Part shown: in pieces, positions 11,001 to 23,272 of the stretch
Position numbering within the stretch: position 1 is the stretch's first letter
How the letters are laid out: every line of letters starts with the position of its first letter
Notes under the pieces: model-generated
What the model saw: only the letters and a program-made list of their open reading frames with translations
Databases searched by the model: none
What the model was told of the DNA's origin: nothing
Made by a program: the position numbers and the translations under genes
Virus record (IMG/VR): IMGVR_UViG_3300031867_000005
Coordinates: 96,001-160,000 of that record
DNA length: 64,000 nt
From: a virus
Lineage: Duplodnaviria > Caudoviricetes
Direction: 5' to 3' (one strand)

Positions 11001-14000
11001 ATGAAATGTATAGATATTAGAATTATTTTGATTCAAAATACGGAGACTCTGTTGAAATAACTTACTTGCCAATTAATAATGGTGAAGTTAAAATTCATAA
11101 TGGGGTTTTTGGATATTATTAGGGAGAAATAATTAGTAGTTGGAAATATATAGAACAAGAAAAAATTAGTGTTAATAACTGGATAATTAGAGGACTTCCT
11201 TTTTATTTAGATAAAGAAGTTATCCTTCCGTCTGAGTAGAATAGTAATATTGGAACAAATGTTTGGGCAAAAAATAGTAATGGAAAAAATAGTAATACAA
11301 AATTTTTTGAGAGTGGAATTGATAATTATGGCGTATGGAGTAATGGTTCATTTTTGCAAGGATTTTACACAAATGAAAATACAAATGGCTAGATAAACGT
11401 ATAGTCTGGAAAAGATTATTTAATTAACAAAGATTACATTTCTAACTTTATAGATTTTATTTGCGATATGTATCCAAATCAAAAAATAAAATAGCTTTTT
11501 AAAAAGAATGATGAAAACATTAAATATATGGACGCAATTAGTCTATATTCAGAAGCTTGCGAAATTCTAAGAAAAAAAAGATAGGATTCTGGCGATAGAT
11601 CTGAATCTTTATATTATATTAGTTTATATAATGAAAATGGAAATCTCTATTGGCCGCTAGCTAAAAAAGATAATAATAAATGGAGTCTAACTTAGATTAT
11701 AGATAATACTTATTAGAATCCAATTTCATTAAGCGGCGAAGGATATAAAATTCATTTCTATGGGAGTTCAGTAACAGGAGCAGATGGAAATATACAGTGG
11801 AACACAACGGATAATGAAATGGCTACGTTATCCATAAATCCTTCTAGTAATAATAATGATGATTATTTATTTACTTTTACTTATAAACTTTTTTTGTCAA
11901 ATTTAGAGGATGAAGAACAAAAATATTATGATGATATTTTAATAATATTTTTATTATCAATTTGTATTATATGTGGTTAGAGTGTTAAAATTAATTTTTG
12001 GAACTTTGTGCCGCCGGGCCAAGCTGGAATACAATCAATAGTTGAGGATTAGGTTGCTCGCAGTTCTTCAAGTTCTCCTAATTATTACATCTATGATTTT
12101 GTAAAACAAGAATCTAATATAGCTAATAATTCTGTTAATAAAAAACCATTTTTTTCTTATAGTGACTTATTAAAAGAAAGAGAAAATCAATTACTTGAAT
12201 TATATTATTCTTTCAAAGAGAAAGAATTAAAAAAAGAAAAGACTTACAAGCCAGAAAAAAGATTAGATTGCTATTCTTTAGAACATTTTTAGGAAGGCAT
12301 TTACAACAAAAGCTTTTTAGAGGTGTCTAGAGCAGAAAGAAATTTTTTGCCAAGAAAAGTGTTGATTTTTTCAAAAATTGATGGACTTGAGTTTTCTTTT
12401 GACAGAGATGATGATGGAACTTTTATTACTTTAATAGTAGATTTGTCAAAGGTATCAAATTTTAATCCCACAAATCTATACCTGTATTTAAAAGAAGACG
12501 AAACAGAAACAATTATAAATTATAAGAAACAAGAATCAAATAATAATGTTTATAAATTTTATTATGATTTTAAAGCCTTCAGTGGATGGTATTATTTTAA
12601 AATTAAATAGAGTAATGAAATTTATGATGCAACTTACAATTTTTGTGTAAAGCAATTAGAAAATGATTCTCTAGAATTGAATTATAGTTAGGGAAGCTTA
12701 CAAATCTTTCCATATTTAAGTATAGGCGGATATGATAGGGATGGATTAATAGTAAAGACACCTTAGGGAAAAAAATATCACATTGATAATACTGGAACGG
12801 TAAAAACTGCTTATAATTCTAATCTTTGGCAATGGGGAACGCAGAGGGATGTTGAGGTAGAACCACATAATTTAGATAGAGATTAGGGTATCTAGTCAGC
12901 AAGAATTTTTATTAATGATAACGATTATGAAATGTCTGAAGATAACTGGGTTTTAGAAATTATAGATTATGATACTTACGAAAAACCGAGAGATCATTTT
13001 ATTGCCCCGTCTTTTTCATAGAATGACGGACTTAAACTTAATTCATCAATTACCTTGAATAATAATAATTATTTTTATCCTGAGTTAAAGGAATTTTATT
13101 ATGATTTAAGCATTAAATATCCATCAATTACAATTGATGAATTACTTAGTTCTGAATATAATGATATAATTGATAGTAAATACAACAATTATGGAGATAA
13201 AGCATCAATCAAAGAATCTTTAGAGAAATGGAGAGAATATATTAATATATTTTATATAAAGGATACTGAAACAAATTTGTATTTTTTAAGAAAACAAAGT
13301 GACTTATCTGAAAATTATATTAGTCCATTGCTTAACGATGATATAAATGTTCCTTGGCCGCTAATTAATAGAAATGGAGAATAGGTTGTGGGAATATTAG
13401 GTTCTGTAGTTCAATTAATGATAAGAATTCTTACTCCTAATTCTAATGGAGAATTATTGGATATTTGTCATTATGATTTATATAAATACGACTGTAGAGT
13501 TAATAAGGCTTCAAATATAGATTTAGAAAGAATTTATAATAATGTAGATTCATTAACAGACCCGCCAATAACTAATACAGCAAATGAAGAAATTTGTAAG
13601 GTTGGATATTTTGATAGAAATTACAATAGAAATCTTCTAACTCCCTATGGAGTTAGCAGTTCATCATAGAATTCTACCAGTTCTTTAGATAGTTTTACTC
13701 TATATGAAAGAGGACAATGGATTTCTTTATATAAGCAGAATACCAATATTAGTCTTAACGATAGAATAAAACATAATGGAGATAATTATGTATTATATTC
13801 ACAAAGTAATTAGATGACAAGTAATAATACAAAAATCATAAATCCTGAAAAAGCAAATTTTTCTTTTGATTTTTCAGCGTATCCATCTAATGGATTATAT
13901 GAAAAATATGTTCCTCATTGGAAGAATGAACGTGTTAATATAAAAGATGGAATTAATTTTTATGTATTAAAAATTGATGGACTCGTTTCTGAAAAAGCTA

Positions 14001-14119
14001 ATCTACCAGAAGAGTTCAAAACGACTTGCGATTATGGAGAGCTCTCTGCTCCGCCATTAATTGATTTTAAAGAATTATTTAGCAATGCTACTTATTATGG
14101 AGAGGATAATAATGGCTAA
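8030..14119 (+). CDS. ~2029-aa putative tail/baseplate structural protein with many TAG codons
   Basis: ORF fragments 8006, 8753, 9035, 12323, 13055, 13388 and 13814 all share one frame and all but the last end in TAG; spot-read stretches show only TAG stops; TAA at 14119. Confidence 0.75.
8615..8738 (+). repeat. 21-bp tandem repeat, about 6 copies, encoding (D/N)(N/D)SQENS
   Basis: gattcacaagaaaattctaat-like units. Confidence 0.9.
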
Positions 14120-15551
14120 TTTAGATAATTTAAAATAGTCTTCATTACAAAATTTTCTTGCTTCTTTAATTGGATAGTCAATTGACTCGGTTTCAAATAT
14201 CGTTTCTTCTATTTTAAATTTAGAAAAGACTCCTGATATTAAAAAATTATCTCCTTTATCAGAGTTAGATAATTATTGGAATGAAGGAATAAAAGAAATA
14301 ATGCATAATTATAAAGAACTTTATGATAATAATAAGATTTTTGATACAAATGAAGAACCTTACAACTCAATCTCAACGATAGGCATTAAAAACACTGACG
14401 CTTAGTATCAACAATCCTTAGATAAGAATTTTTCAAATTTTGTAATACCGTAGAAAAATTATAAAAATGATTATTATTCATCAGTTAGGGGAGAAGATTT
14501 TTTTATAAAAATTGCTAATGATAAAACTAATTTATAGTATACTAATGACAAAAGAAAGAATAATAGATTACTAATGCCAAAAAATTCTCGTAGAGTAGAA
14601 ATAGAAGATTTAAATAAAAATTTTTGGGTTATTAGTCAATAGTTAAGTATAATTTGTAATAGCTTATTTAATCCTAAATCTTATTAGAATAATATTATGA
14701 ATGGAATTATTAAGTAGATTTTAAAAATTTGGGATAGTATTTTACTTCTATGGATTGGAGTAAGTAAGGTATTCCAAAATAATATTTTAATATTTTTTCT
14801 TCCCATTTCTTTTAGTTCGAACAGTTTTGACAAGAGATTTGATAATATAGATTACGAAAAATATGATGAATCAATTGTTAATAAAGAAATTTACAATTAG
14901 TGTTATTTTCTTTGTAAAAAATATCAAAATAGTAATTTATTTATTTTTCCCTTACTTAGGGGCAATAATTATTATAAGAATTATTTTTCAAAAATAAAAA
15001 TTCCTTTTTACTATAAAAAGGAAAAGGGAAGTAATGAAATGATAAAAATAAATTAGGATGATGGCAAAGAAATTATTTCAATTGATATTGAAGAAACTGA
15101 ATTATTTAATTAGCAAAAGCTTTCTGAATAGCTTTATGGTTTTAGAGAAAAAGAATCTACTATGGAGTTTTATTATCCATTTAATAGAAATTTATCTAAT
15201 ATTGAAAAGCAAAAACTAATTAGAGATTAGATAAATGCCGGTGACGACAATAACTTAGAAATTGGTTTTTATTGTGCGATTAGAATAATTCCAAAAGTAG
15301 AACTGAATATGGATCCAGTTTAGGGACTAATTATAAAAAAAATCGATTTTGATATAATTGATTTAGTAGAAGAAATTTTAAACCAATCTCTTGAAGAACC
15401 TGAAAAAGTTATAAATGAATAGATTGTATTTTATAATAAAAAATACAGTGAAAAAATAGGTAATATTAGATTGATAGAGAAAAGTAATAACACTTATGGT
15501 CATTATATGGGAGAAGTTTTAAGTTGTAGAAAAGCGGTAAGAATTTATTAA
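14112..15551 (+). CDS. 479-aa paralog of the N-terminal part of the giant protein (TAG read as Gln)
   Basis: LLMPKNSRRVEIEDLNKNFWVISQ versus LLMPKYSKEIEVEDLNRNFWVISQ; start and TAA 15551 in frame; absent from the standard ORF track. Confidence 0.75.
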
Positions 15552-15636
15552 AGTAAACATTTTATATTTATAATTAATTGACTTTTATTACAAAATATAA
15601 TAAAATAAATATATGAAAATAAAGAGGTGTTTTAAT

Positions 15637-16455
15637 ATGGCTGAATTTGAAATATCAACTATGGATGAACTTGTTAATGCAGAATAGATTACTGGCATAT
15701 CAACTGGTGATACGCTTAAGCTAATGAATGATATTGATGGGGTAGAAGCTGGATATAGCTATCCAACGACGCTTAGTAATAAATATAATATTGATTTAAA
15801 TGGCTTTACGTTAAAAAATTTATTTTTAGATACGGCTGGTCCTTTTAATAGCAGTACAGTAGTTAAAAACGGAAAAACTCTTAATATATATTTTTCAACT
15901 TAGACAATTTCCCCTTGGCTTAATTTAGAAAATTGCGTTGGTTCTTTTTATTCAAATTTATCAAAACTATTAATATCGAGATTATATAAAAGTGCAGTTG
16001 ACATAACTTATAATCCAAACATAACTGTTAATGAGGGTATTTTTCGCAACGTCAGCTCCAATGAAATAAAACAATTATCAAATATAGTAATTAGGAATGC
16101 TAAAATTAAAGGATCCTACTCAGATAACAAAAATAGCATATATCCGACCCCAAAAGGTTCTTTTGTCGCAGTAGTGTATGATAACTGTCATTTTAATTTA
16201 GATAAAACCTCTCCGAGATTCTATTTTTATGGAAACAATTGTTATGCAGCTTTTTTAGAAACTTCTTTTAATTTAGGAGAAAATAACGCATTAACATTTT
16301 ATGCATCTGATGGTCTAAAACTTGTCAGCTTTCCCGATGGGACTTTTTCAGAAAGTATTACTCTTAATAACGAAAGTCCAGCGAAAGTCAAAATTCTTAC
16401 CAAAGACCAATTAAGAAGTCATGAGTATCTTACAAATATAGGGTTCTTGCCATGA
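15637..16455 (+). CDS. Putative virion/adhesin-like beta-helix protein (TAG read as Gln)
   Basis: RBS and ATG 15637; KLMNDID...IDLNGFTLKNL motif; in frame with ORF 16174. Confidence 0.6.
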
Positions 16456-17378
16456 GTTGGGAAATTAAAACACATAATGAAATTATTGACGAATTTGAAT
16501 GGGGAGGCTTAGATTCATCTGGTGAAGAAATTGATTATAATAGTCGAATTCGTTCAAAAGAATTTCTTTTTCTTTTTGGAGCACCATCTCCATATACCAC
16601 AACATGTGTTATTTAGCCACCTAGTTATGAAGGATTAAAATATGATATATATAGATATAAAGATGATGAAACATATTCATCAAAAACGACTGGTAGGACA
16701 GGAAATACAGAAATTACTTTAATAAAAAACGAAAAAATTAAATTAGTTTTTTATACTGCGAGTACAAGCACATTAATTCCTGGAGGGCTAGATAATATCA
16801 ATGTTAAAATAATTTTAACGTATCCAGAAATTCCAATTACAGCAGACAATAATTTTTTTAAATTACCATATTATACAACAGAATATGGACTTCCGGAGAA
16901 ATATACTGGGGAACTTTGGGCAATAAATGAAAACTTTTATTAGTTTCCTCATATAAAAGAAAGTGGTATAGCTCCAGAATATGACGGTTTTCTTTGGGCA
17001 ATAAATGAAAACTTTTATTAGTTTCCTCATATAAAAGAAAGTGGTATAGCTCCAGAATATGACGGTTTTCTTTGGGCAATGAATGAAAATTTTTATTAGT
17101 TTCCTTATATTAGAAAGAGTGGTATAGCTCCAGAATATGAATTCCCACCCGGTTATACTCCTCCTGAAGAGGAAGATGCTCTAATACCTCTTGATAGAAT
17201 TATTTATGATATAGGTTACTCAGCATCTCTTGTTAGTATATCAAAGAAATAGACTACTTCGGAAAAGATAAAAGAACTATTGAAAAGAATGAAGGGGATA
17301 GAAACAAAACATATTGAGAAGTCAAATATTGTTAATTTAATTCTAAGTCCAACTGATTCTAAATCAGATGGAAATTAA
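16452..17378 (+). CDS. 308-aa hypothetical protein with 26-aa repeats (TAG read as Gln)
   Basis: ATGA overlap with the previous stop; in frame to TAA 17378. Confidence 0.65.
16914..17139 (+). repeat. 78-bp tandem repeat, 3 copies (WAINENFY*FPHIKESGIAPEYDGFL)
   Basis: Copies start at 16914, 16992 and 17070; the first two are identical. Confidence 0.95.
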
Positions 17379-17440
17379 TTTAAAAATAATAAAATAATAG
17401 AATATAACTTTTTAGGACGAGAATAAATACTAAAGATTGG

Positions 17441-17487
17441 AAAGTCAATTATAATTAATTGACTTTCTTTCTTTTTTATGATATAAT
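17441..17487 (+). promoter_or_regulatory. Terminator-like hairpin overlapping a sigma-A promoter at the boundary between the structural arm and the replication arm
   Basis: AAAGTCAATT...AATTGACTTT inverted repeat; TTGACT 17459, 17 nt, TG-n-TATAAT 17482. Confidence 0.8.
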
Positions 17488-17521
17488 TTATATAGTAAAA
17501 ATGAAACGGAGGAAAATAAAA

Positions 17522-19648
17522 ATGGAGTTTAATGCAAGACAGAAAAAAGTAATTTATGCTGAAGAACCTAACATTTTATGCTTAGCCAGCGCTGCTTCAG
17601 GAAAGGCTATTCCAAATTCTACAATTATTCCTACTATTAATGGAGTGAAAAGAGTAGATGAGATAAAAAAGGGGGATTATTTGTTTGATAGAAATGGTAA
17701 TCCGACAAAAGTTTTAGGTGTTTTTCCGCAAGGAAAAAAAGAAGTATTTGAAATAACTTTTGGTGATGGGAGAAAGGCTAAATCATCAAAAGATCATATT
17801 TGGTTTGTGAATAAAAGAACTTGGAAAGACAAAAATCGTTATGAAGAATATACTATTGAAGAACTTTTAAAAGAAAAAATAATAGTTAATAGAGGAGGAA
17901 ATTTCTATATTCCTTGTGCTAAGCCAGTTCATTATCTAGAAAAAAAATATGAAATTCATCCGTATATAATTGGAGCTTTTTTAGGTGATGGGTGTTGTCT
18001 AGAAAAAGAATTAGTAATTTCTTCTGAAAATGACACAATTCCTAATCATATAAAAGAATTGCTTCAAGCAGATGAAATCCATCGAAATCCAGCTAATTAT
18101 AATTGGTATTTTAAAAAGGGAGGAGTCAATATTAAAAGTAACATTCTTCCAATTGAATTGAAAAAGTATAGTTATGAAAAAAGTATCCCCAAAGAATATA
18201 AATATGGTTCAATTGAACAAAGATTAGAATTAATTCGGGGATTGATGGATACTGATGGTTCAATATCAATAGATAAAAGAGAAAATCATTCTCCTTGCGT
18301 AAGTTTTACCTCTACAAGTTATCAATTAATTTTAGATGTAAAAGAGGTATTAGGCTCTTTAGGCTATGTCTCTACGATTTCAGAGGATAAGCGTTCAGAT
18401 AAATATACTAAGGGGATAGCATACAGTTTAAATATAAACATTTCAAATAGTGAAAAATATAAATTATTTTGGTTAAAAAGGAAAAAAGATATTGCTTTGT
18501 CTATCAAAAATAAAAAGCAACATAGAGATTATATGAAAACAACAATCAGAAAAATTGAAGATTTAGGTTTTTCAGAAGAAATGACTTGTTTTTATGTTGA
18601 TAATGCTGAACACTTATTTTTAATGAATGATTTTATTGTAACGCATAATACGAGTGTGCTAACCGAACGAATTAAGGTTTTAATCAACGAAAGAAATATG
18701 TCTCCAAGCGATATAGTTGCAATCACCTTTACTCGTATGGCAGCAGATGAAATGGTTAAAAGATTAGATGGGGTCGCTAATGGAGCTTTCATTGGTACAA
18801 TTCATTCCTATGCAAATAAAATCTGTGTTAGTAACAATATAGATACCCAAAAGTTCCTTGAATATGGAGAGTTTGATAAGATTCTAAAGAAAGCGAATAC
18901 CTTACCGTCCAGTAGATATTTCCAAATTAAACATCTCTTAGTTGATGAATGTCAAGACATTAGTCCATTAGAATATGCTTTTTTGGAAAAAATTCCATCT
19001 GAAAATGTATTTTTCTGTGGGGATAATAGGCAAATGATTTATGCTTTTAAAGGAACGACAGACGAATATTTGGTTAGTATGTATAGAGATGCGAATTATA
19101 AAAAATATTTTTTGACAGAAAATTATCGTAATGCGCCAAATATTTTAAAATTTGCTGATAGTTTAATTGCATCACATATTCAACTAAGTCCTAAATCGAT
19201 TCCAGTAAGAACAAAAGGTGGAGATGTTATTCAGGGAAGTTTTTATGAAGCTCTAGAAGAATTAGAATATTCTGAAAATTGGGGAAGCTGGTTCATTTTA
19301 ACCAGAACTAATGCAGAAATTATTCAAGTTCAAGAAATTTTAAATAAAAAGAAAATTCCAAACATTACCTTTAAAAAGGGCGACTTAGATTTGGAAGAAA
19401 TGGGACAATTAATGCAAAGTGATAGAGTCAAAATTCTCACGATCCACACATCAAAGGGACTTGAATCTAATAACGTGATTGTAATAGGAGCTAACCTATA
19501 TAATGAAGAAGAACGAAGGCTGGCATATGTTGCAGCTACAAGAGCTAAAAATTCACTTTATTGGTGTCCTTCAATAAAGAAAAGAAGAAAATATGATAAT
19601 GAAAATAAAAAAATCAATAGAACTAAAACTGATATTATAGAATTTTAA
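17522..19648 (+). CDS. UvrD/PcrA-like SF1 helicase containing an intein
   Basis: ASAASGK|T Walker A split by the intein; AITFTRMAA, GTIHS, VDECQD, GDNRQMIY, ENYR, TIHTSKGLE, YVAATRA. Confidence 0.9.
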   Translation: MEFNARQKKVIYAEEPNILCLASAASGKAIPNSTIIPTINGVKRVDEIKKGDYLFDRNGNPTKVLGVFPQGKKEVFEITFGDGRKAKSSKDHIWFVNKRTWKDKNRYEEYTIEELLKEKIIVNRGGNFYIPCAKPVHYLEKKYEIHPYIIGAFLGDGCCLEKELVISSENDTIPNHIKELLQADEIHRNPANYNWYFKKGGVNIKSNILPIELKKYSYEKSIPKEYKYGSIEQRLELIRGLMDTDGSISIDKRENHSPCVSFTSTSYQLILDVKEVLGSLGYVSTISEDKRSDKYTKGIAYSLNINISNSEKYKLFWLKRKKDIALSIKNKKQHRDYMKTTIRKIEDLGFSEEMTCFYVDNAEHLFLMNDFIVTHNTSVLTERIKVLINERNMSPSDIVAITFTRMAADEMVKRLDGVANGAFIGTIHSYANKICVSNNIDTQKFLEYGEFDKILKKANTLPSSRYFQIKHLLVDECQDISPLEYAFLEKIPSENVFFCGDNRQMIYAFKGTTDEYLVSMYRDANYKKYFLTENYRNAPNILKFADSLIASHIQLSPKSIPVRTKGGDVIQGSFYEALEELEYSENWGSWFILTRTNAEIIQVQEILNKKKIPNITFKKGDLDLEEMGQLMQSDRVKILTIHTSKGLESNNVIVIGANLYNEEERRLAYVAATRAKNSLYWCPSIKKRRKYDNENKKINRTKTDIIEF
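17606..18649 (+). mobile_element. 348-aa intein with LAGLIDADG homing endonuclease, Ala-1 (class 3-like)
   Basis: Begins AIPNST, ends VTHN/T; IIGAFLGDG and LIRGLMDTDG; W in block B, C in block F, T in block G. Confidence 0.9.
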
Positions 19649-19658
19649 GGAGATAATA

Positions 19659-20174
19659 ATGGAAGAAGATTTTATTGTAATTTATAAAGATGAAGAAAAA
19701 ACAATTTCAGTTTCTAAACTACTTATTGATTTTTTAGAAAAGAAAAGAGTAAAAAAAATAAAAATTACTCAAGATGAACTCTCTGTTTTAATTCCATTAG
19801 TATATACTCAATTATCTGCTAATGGAGTTGATATAAAAGCTCTTAATAAAGTAAGTAGTTCAGTTGCCCCTGTAATTACTTATGGTTATAGATTATGTTT
19901 AGGAGAACCATATAATAAATTTTCCAATGTGATTGAAATGATTTCATCTTCAATAGATATAAGAAGAGATAAAGATAGTTTTGAGGAGTATCTTTATTTT
20001 TATAATAATTTTTCGTTGCCAAAAGGAGAAAAGATTTATTGCAAGATATTTGACGATAGATTTAAGGGCTTAGATGGTTGGTTAGCACATGTTTCAAAGG
20101 AAGATTTAATTATATTATTTTGGAGTTATGAAAATAATGAAGATGAAAATGATGATTTGCTATTAAGAATATAA
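19659..20174 (+). CDS. Hypothetical protein
   Basis: RBS and 171-aa ORF. Confidence 0.6.
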   Translation: MEEDFIVIYKDEEKTISVSKLLIDFLEKKRVKKIKITQDELSVLIPLVYTQLSANGVDIKALNKVSSSVAPVITYGYRLCLGEPYNKFSNVIEMISSSIDIRRDKDSFEEYLYFYNNFSLPKGEKIYCKIFDDRFKGLDGWLAHVSKEDLIILFWSYENNEDENDDLLLRI

Positions 20175-20231
20175 TCATTTAAAATGTATTATATTCTGTT
20201 ATATATTTATTGATATTAGGAGGAATTAAAA

Positions 20232-20525
20232 ATGAAGAAAATTATTACAATGATAATGATGGGAACAATTGCTATTACAATGGTAGGCTGTACTAATAAC
20301 ACTGATTCCAATAATGGTGAGAGTTCTATAGTTGAAACGGAAACATATGTTGATGAAGTAGAGAATGGAATAGAAGTCCAAACAGAAACAAGAGAAACAG
20401 AAGAGACAGATACTGAAACAGTGATTTTTTCTGAAACAGAGACAGAAGAAACAGAAGAAACAGATACTGAAGAGATGTCTTTTTCTGAAACAGAAACAGA
20501 AGAAACAGAAGAATCTAAAGAGTAA
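20232..20525 (+). CDS. Acidic Glu/Thr-repeat lipoprotein
   Basis: Signal peptide with lipobox-like MVGC; ETEETEETDTE repeats. Confidence 0.7.
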   Translation: MKKIITMIMMGTIAITMVGCTNNTDSNNGESSIVETETYVDEVENGIEVQTETRETEETDTETVIFSETETEETEETDTEEMSFSETETEETEESKE

Positions 20526-20709
20526 GAATAAATATAGAAAAAAGAAAGTCAACTATTAATGTTGGCTTTAATTTTTTATAGAGGGGGTATATTTTTTAAA
20601 ATAAGTTCTATGAAAAAGATCATTTTTAAATAAAAAAATATTTGAAAAATTTGACTTTTAAAGAAAATAATGCTATAATTATTATAGTAATGAGAAAGGA
20701 GTTGGAAAA

Positions 20710-21303
20710 ATGCATATATATAAAAAGAAAAATGATGATAGAGAGATATATATAGCAGCAGACTTAAATTTTTGTCAATCAAAAGAAAGAGATAAAATAT
20801 TGGTAAATAATTGGAATCTCATTGTTAAAGAAAATGATTTGGTTATTTTATTGGGAGATATTATTAATGGTCAGAAGTATAATTGGATTGAAATTCAATA
20901 GATTTTTGACTCTTTAAATGGAGAAAAAGAAATAATTAGTATTTCAAGTGATGAAGATATTGCCGATAAATGGAAGAATATTTTAGGACATACAACTCAT
21001 AAAGTTACAGCGGCCGCAAAAGGAAAAATTAACGGAATGGAAAAGGTAGTTATTATTTATCCTTATTTAACTCCATCAATTAAGAATAAAGATTTTAAGG
21101 ATACTGAAATATATAGTGCGGCACCACGTTCAATTACAAAACAGAATAATGTATTTGAAGATAATATTATGAGTATTAGCATTGATGATTGGGGCCTTTT
21201 TCCGATTAAATATAAAAATATTCCTTTAATGATAGATGACATATTGGTATTTGAAAAGATGAAAGATACGGAGGAAAATATTGATGAACAAAAAAATATA
21301 TGA
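20710..21303 (+). CDS. Degenerate calcineurin-like metallophosphoesterase (one TAG)
   Basis: YIAADLNF, WNLIVKENDLVILLGD; ORFs 20710 and 21037 are in frame across TAG 20899; metal-ligand His residues appear lost. Confidence 0.6.
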
Positions 21304-21568
21304 GATTAATAATTTAAGGGATTTTATAATTGTTGTTATAGGTGCAATTGCAATTTTCTTTGTATTAACTGTTTTTTATATGTGGATTTGGAAAGTTGCA
21401 ATAGTTGCTTTATTTCCTTTTATGCCGATGCCATCTTTTTGGCAATTTGTAGGATTAGAAATTTTGGCGAATGTATTTTTTAAGAATAATAATGATAGCT
21501 CATGGATACAATTTAAGGCTATTGGTGGAGGTGAAGAAGTAAGTGGGAAAGATAACAATATTAAATGA
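21284..21568 (+). CDS. Small membrane protein
   Basis: Hydrophobic segments. Confidence 0.55.
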   Translation: MNKKIYEINNLRDFIIVVIGAIAIFFVLTVFYMWIWKVAIVALFPFMPMPSFWQFVGLEILANVFFKNNNDSSWIQFKAIGGGEEVSGKDNNIK

Positions 21569-22223
21569 TACGACAAAAGAACCAATTGAAATGATTGGAA
21601 GAATGGCTGGACTTTGTTGGGGGTCTGATACTGAAGATTTTAATAAGAATTATAAAAGAGGTCTAAATTGTATTAAAGCTAATCATGGAAGGACATTAGA
21701 ATATCCACAAATTTATATTGAATTTGAAGGATATTCTGCCCGTGTAATCAGAGAATTATATACACATATAGGTTCTCTTCCAAGCCGTCTTCAAGAATCA
21801 ACAAGATATATGGATTTCAGCTCGTTTGAATTTGTGACTCCGCCATCCATTCAAAAAAATTCAAAGGCAGAAAAAATTTATAAAAATTGTATGAAAGAAA
21901 TTTCTAATGTGATCACACAGCTCAATGAATTAGGGGTCAAGCGAGAAGATTCAGCAATGCTTTTGCCGCTTGCTATGGAAACAAAAGTAATAATGAGAAC
22001 GAATTTAAGACATTTAGTTGATATGTCTCATCAAAGACTTTGTTCTCGTGCTTACTGGGAGTTCAGAGAACTTTTCAAAGATTTAATGGAAGCTTTAAGT
22101 AATTATAGTAATGAGTGGCGGATTCTAATAAAGGAATTAAAAATATTTAAGCCAAAATGTGAAATGTTAGGTTATTGCCCTGAGCTAAAATCTTGTGGAA
22201 GAAAGGAGAAAAAAGAGGTGTAA
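21543..22223 (+). CDS. thyX: Flavin-dependent thymidylate synthase
   Basis: HGRTLE, RELYTH...LQESTRY, NLRHL, RLCSRAYWEFR. Confidence 0.9.
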   Translation: MGKITILNDTTKEPIEMIGRMAGLCWGSDTEDFNKNYKRGLNCIKANHGRTLEYPQIYIEFEGYSARVIRELYTHIGSLPSRLQESTRYMDFSSFEFVTPPSIQKNSKAEKIYKNCMKEISNVITQLNELGVKREDSAMLLPLAMETKVIMRTNLRHLVDMSHQRLCSRAYWEFRELFKDLMEALSNYSNEWRILIKELKIFKPKCEMLGYCPELKSCGRKEKKEV

Positions 22224-22228
22224 TATAA

Positions 22229-23272
22229 ATGGGAGTATTGGAAAACGAAGTTCCCAATAATGGAGCGATTATTGATGCACTTGTAAAATGTGAAAGTGTA
22301 TTAAAATAGCATAATAAAGTTATGGTAAGTATCAGCGGCGGCTCAGACTCTGATATGATGATGGATTTAATTGAAAGATGCAGACAGCCGCACAACGAGA
22401 TTTATTATGTTTTCTTTGACACTGGAATTGAGTTTCAGGCTACTAAGAATCATATTAAGTTTTTGGAAGAAAAGTATGGAGTTGAGATTTATAGGGAGAA
22501 ACCTATTAAGTCAATTCCGACTTCCTGTCGTGAGCATGGGCAGCCTTTTCTTTCTAAAGCAATTAGTGAGAATATTTCTCGTTTACAAAAGCACAATTTT
22601 CAGTGGGAAGACGAATCCTATGAGGAACTTGCTAAGAAATATCCTAAATGTTTATCTGGGTTAAAATGGTGGTGTAATGATTGGGGAGAAAATAGTTCTT
22701 TTAATATTGAAAGAAGAAAATGGTTAAAAGAATTTTTATTAGCTAATCCGCCGCAGTTCAAGATTTCTTAGAAGTGTTGTCAATATGCTAAAAAGGATTT
22801 GGCTAAGCACTGGAAGAAAGAACACATTGTCGATTTAAGTTGCGTTGGAGTTAGAAAAGCAGAGGGTGGTCAGAGGGCAACTGCCTATAAGAATTGTTTT
22901 ACTAAAGGTGAAGGAGTTGCTGATGAGTATAGACCAATTTTCTGGTTTACTGACAAAGACAAAGAAGATTATTTGAATTTTTATGGGGTTGAATTGAGTG
23001 ATTGTTATACTAAGTATGGACTAAGAAGAACAGGTTGTTCTGGTTGTCCCTACGCTTAGGACTGGAAAGGGGAACTTGCGGCTCTTGAAGAATTTGAACC
23101 TAAGTTAGCTAATGGTGTTAAACATATCTTTGCAGACAGCTATAAATTCTTAGAAGATTATGAAACTTTCTGTCAGGATATGGAAAAGAAATATGGAATG
23201 AAGTATGCAACATTTAGAAAATACCAAAAAGAAAAGGAGAAAGAGAATGCTGAAAAATGTGAAACTGTATGA
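22229..23272 (+). CDS. PAPS-reductase/PP-loop family protein (3 TAG read as Gln)
   Basis: SISGGSDSD, FFDTGIE, KIS*KCC, GVRKAEG, RTGCSGCP in a single frame to TGA 23272. Confidence 0.85.

Noticed and set aside
16914-17139. Diversity-generating retroelement TR/VR pair
   Set aside because: Tandem in-frame copies, differences not confined to adenines, and no reverse transcriptase in the window.
3570-17378. Pseudogene decay or sequencing errors as the cause of the fragmented ORFs
   Set aside because: Interruptions are TAG only, frames are preserved over kilobases, and the TAGs sit at conserved Gln positions.
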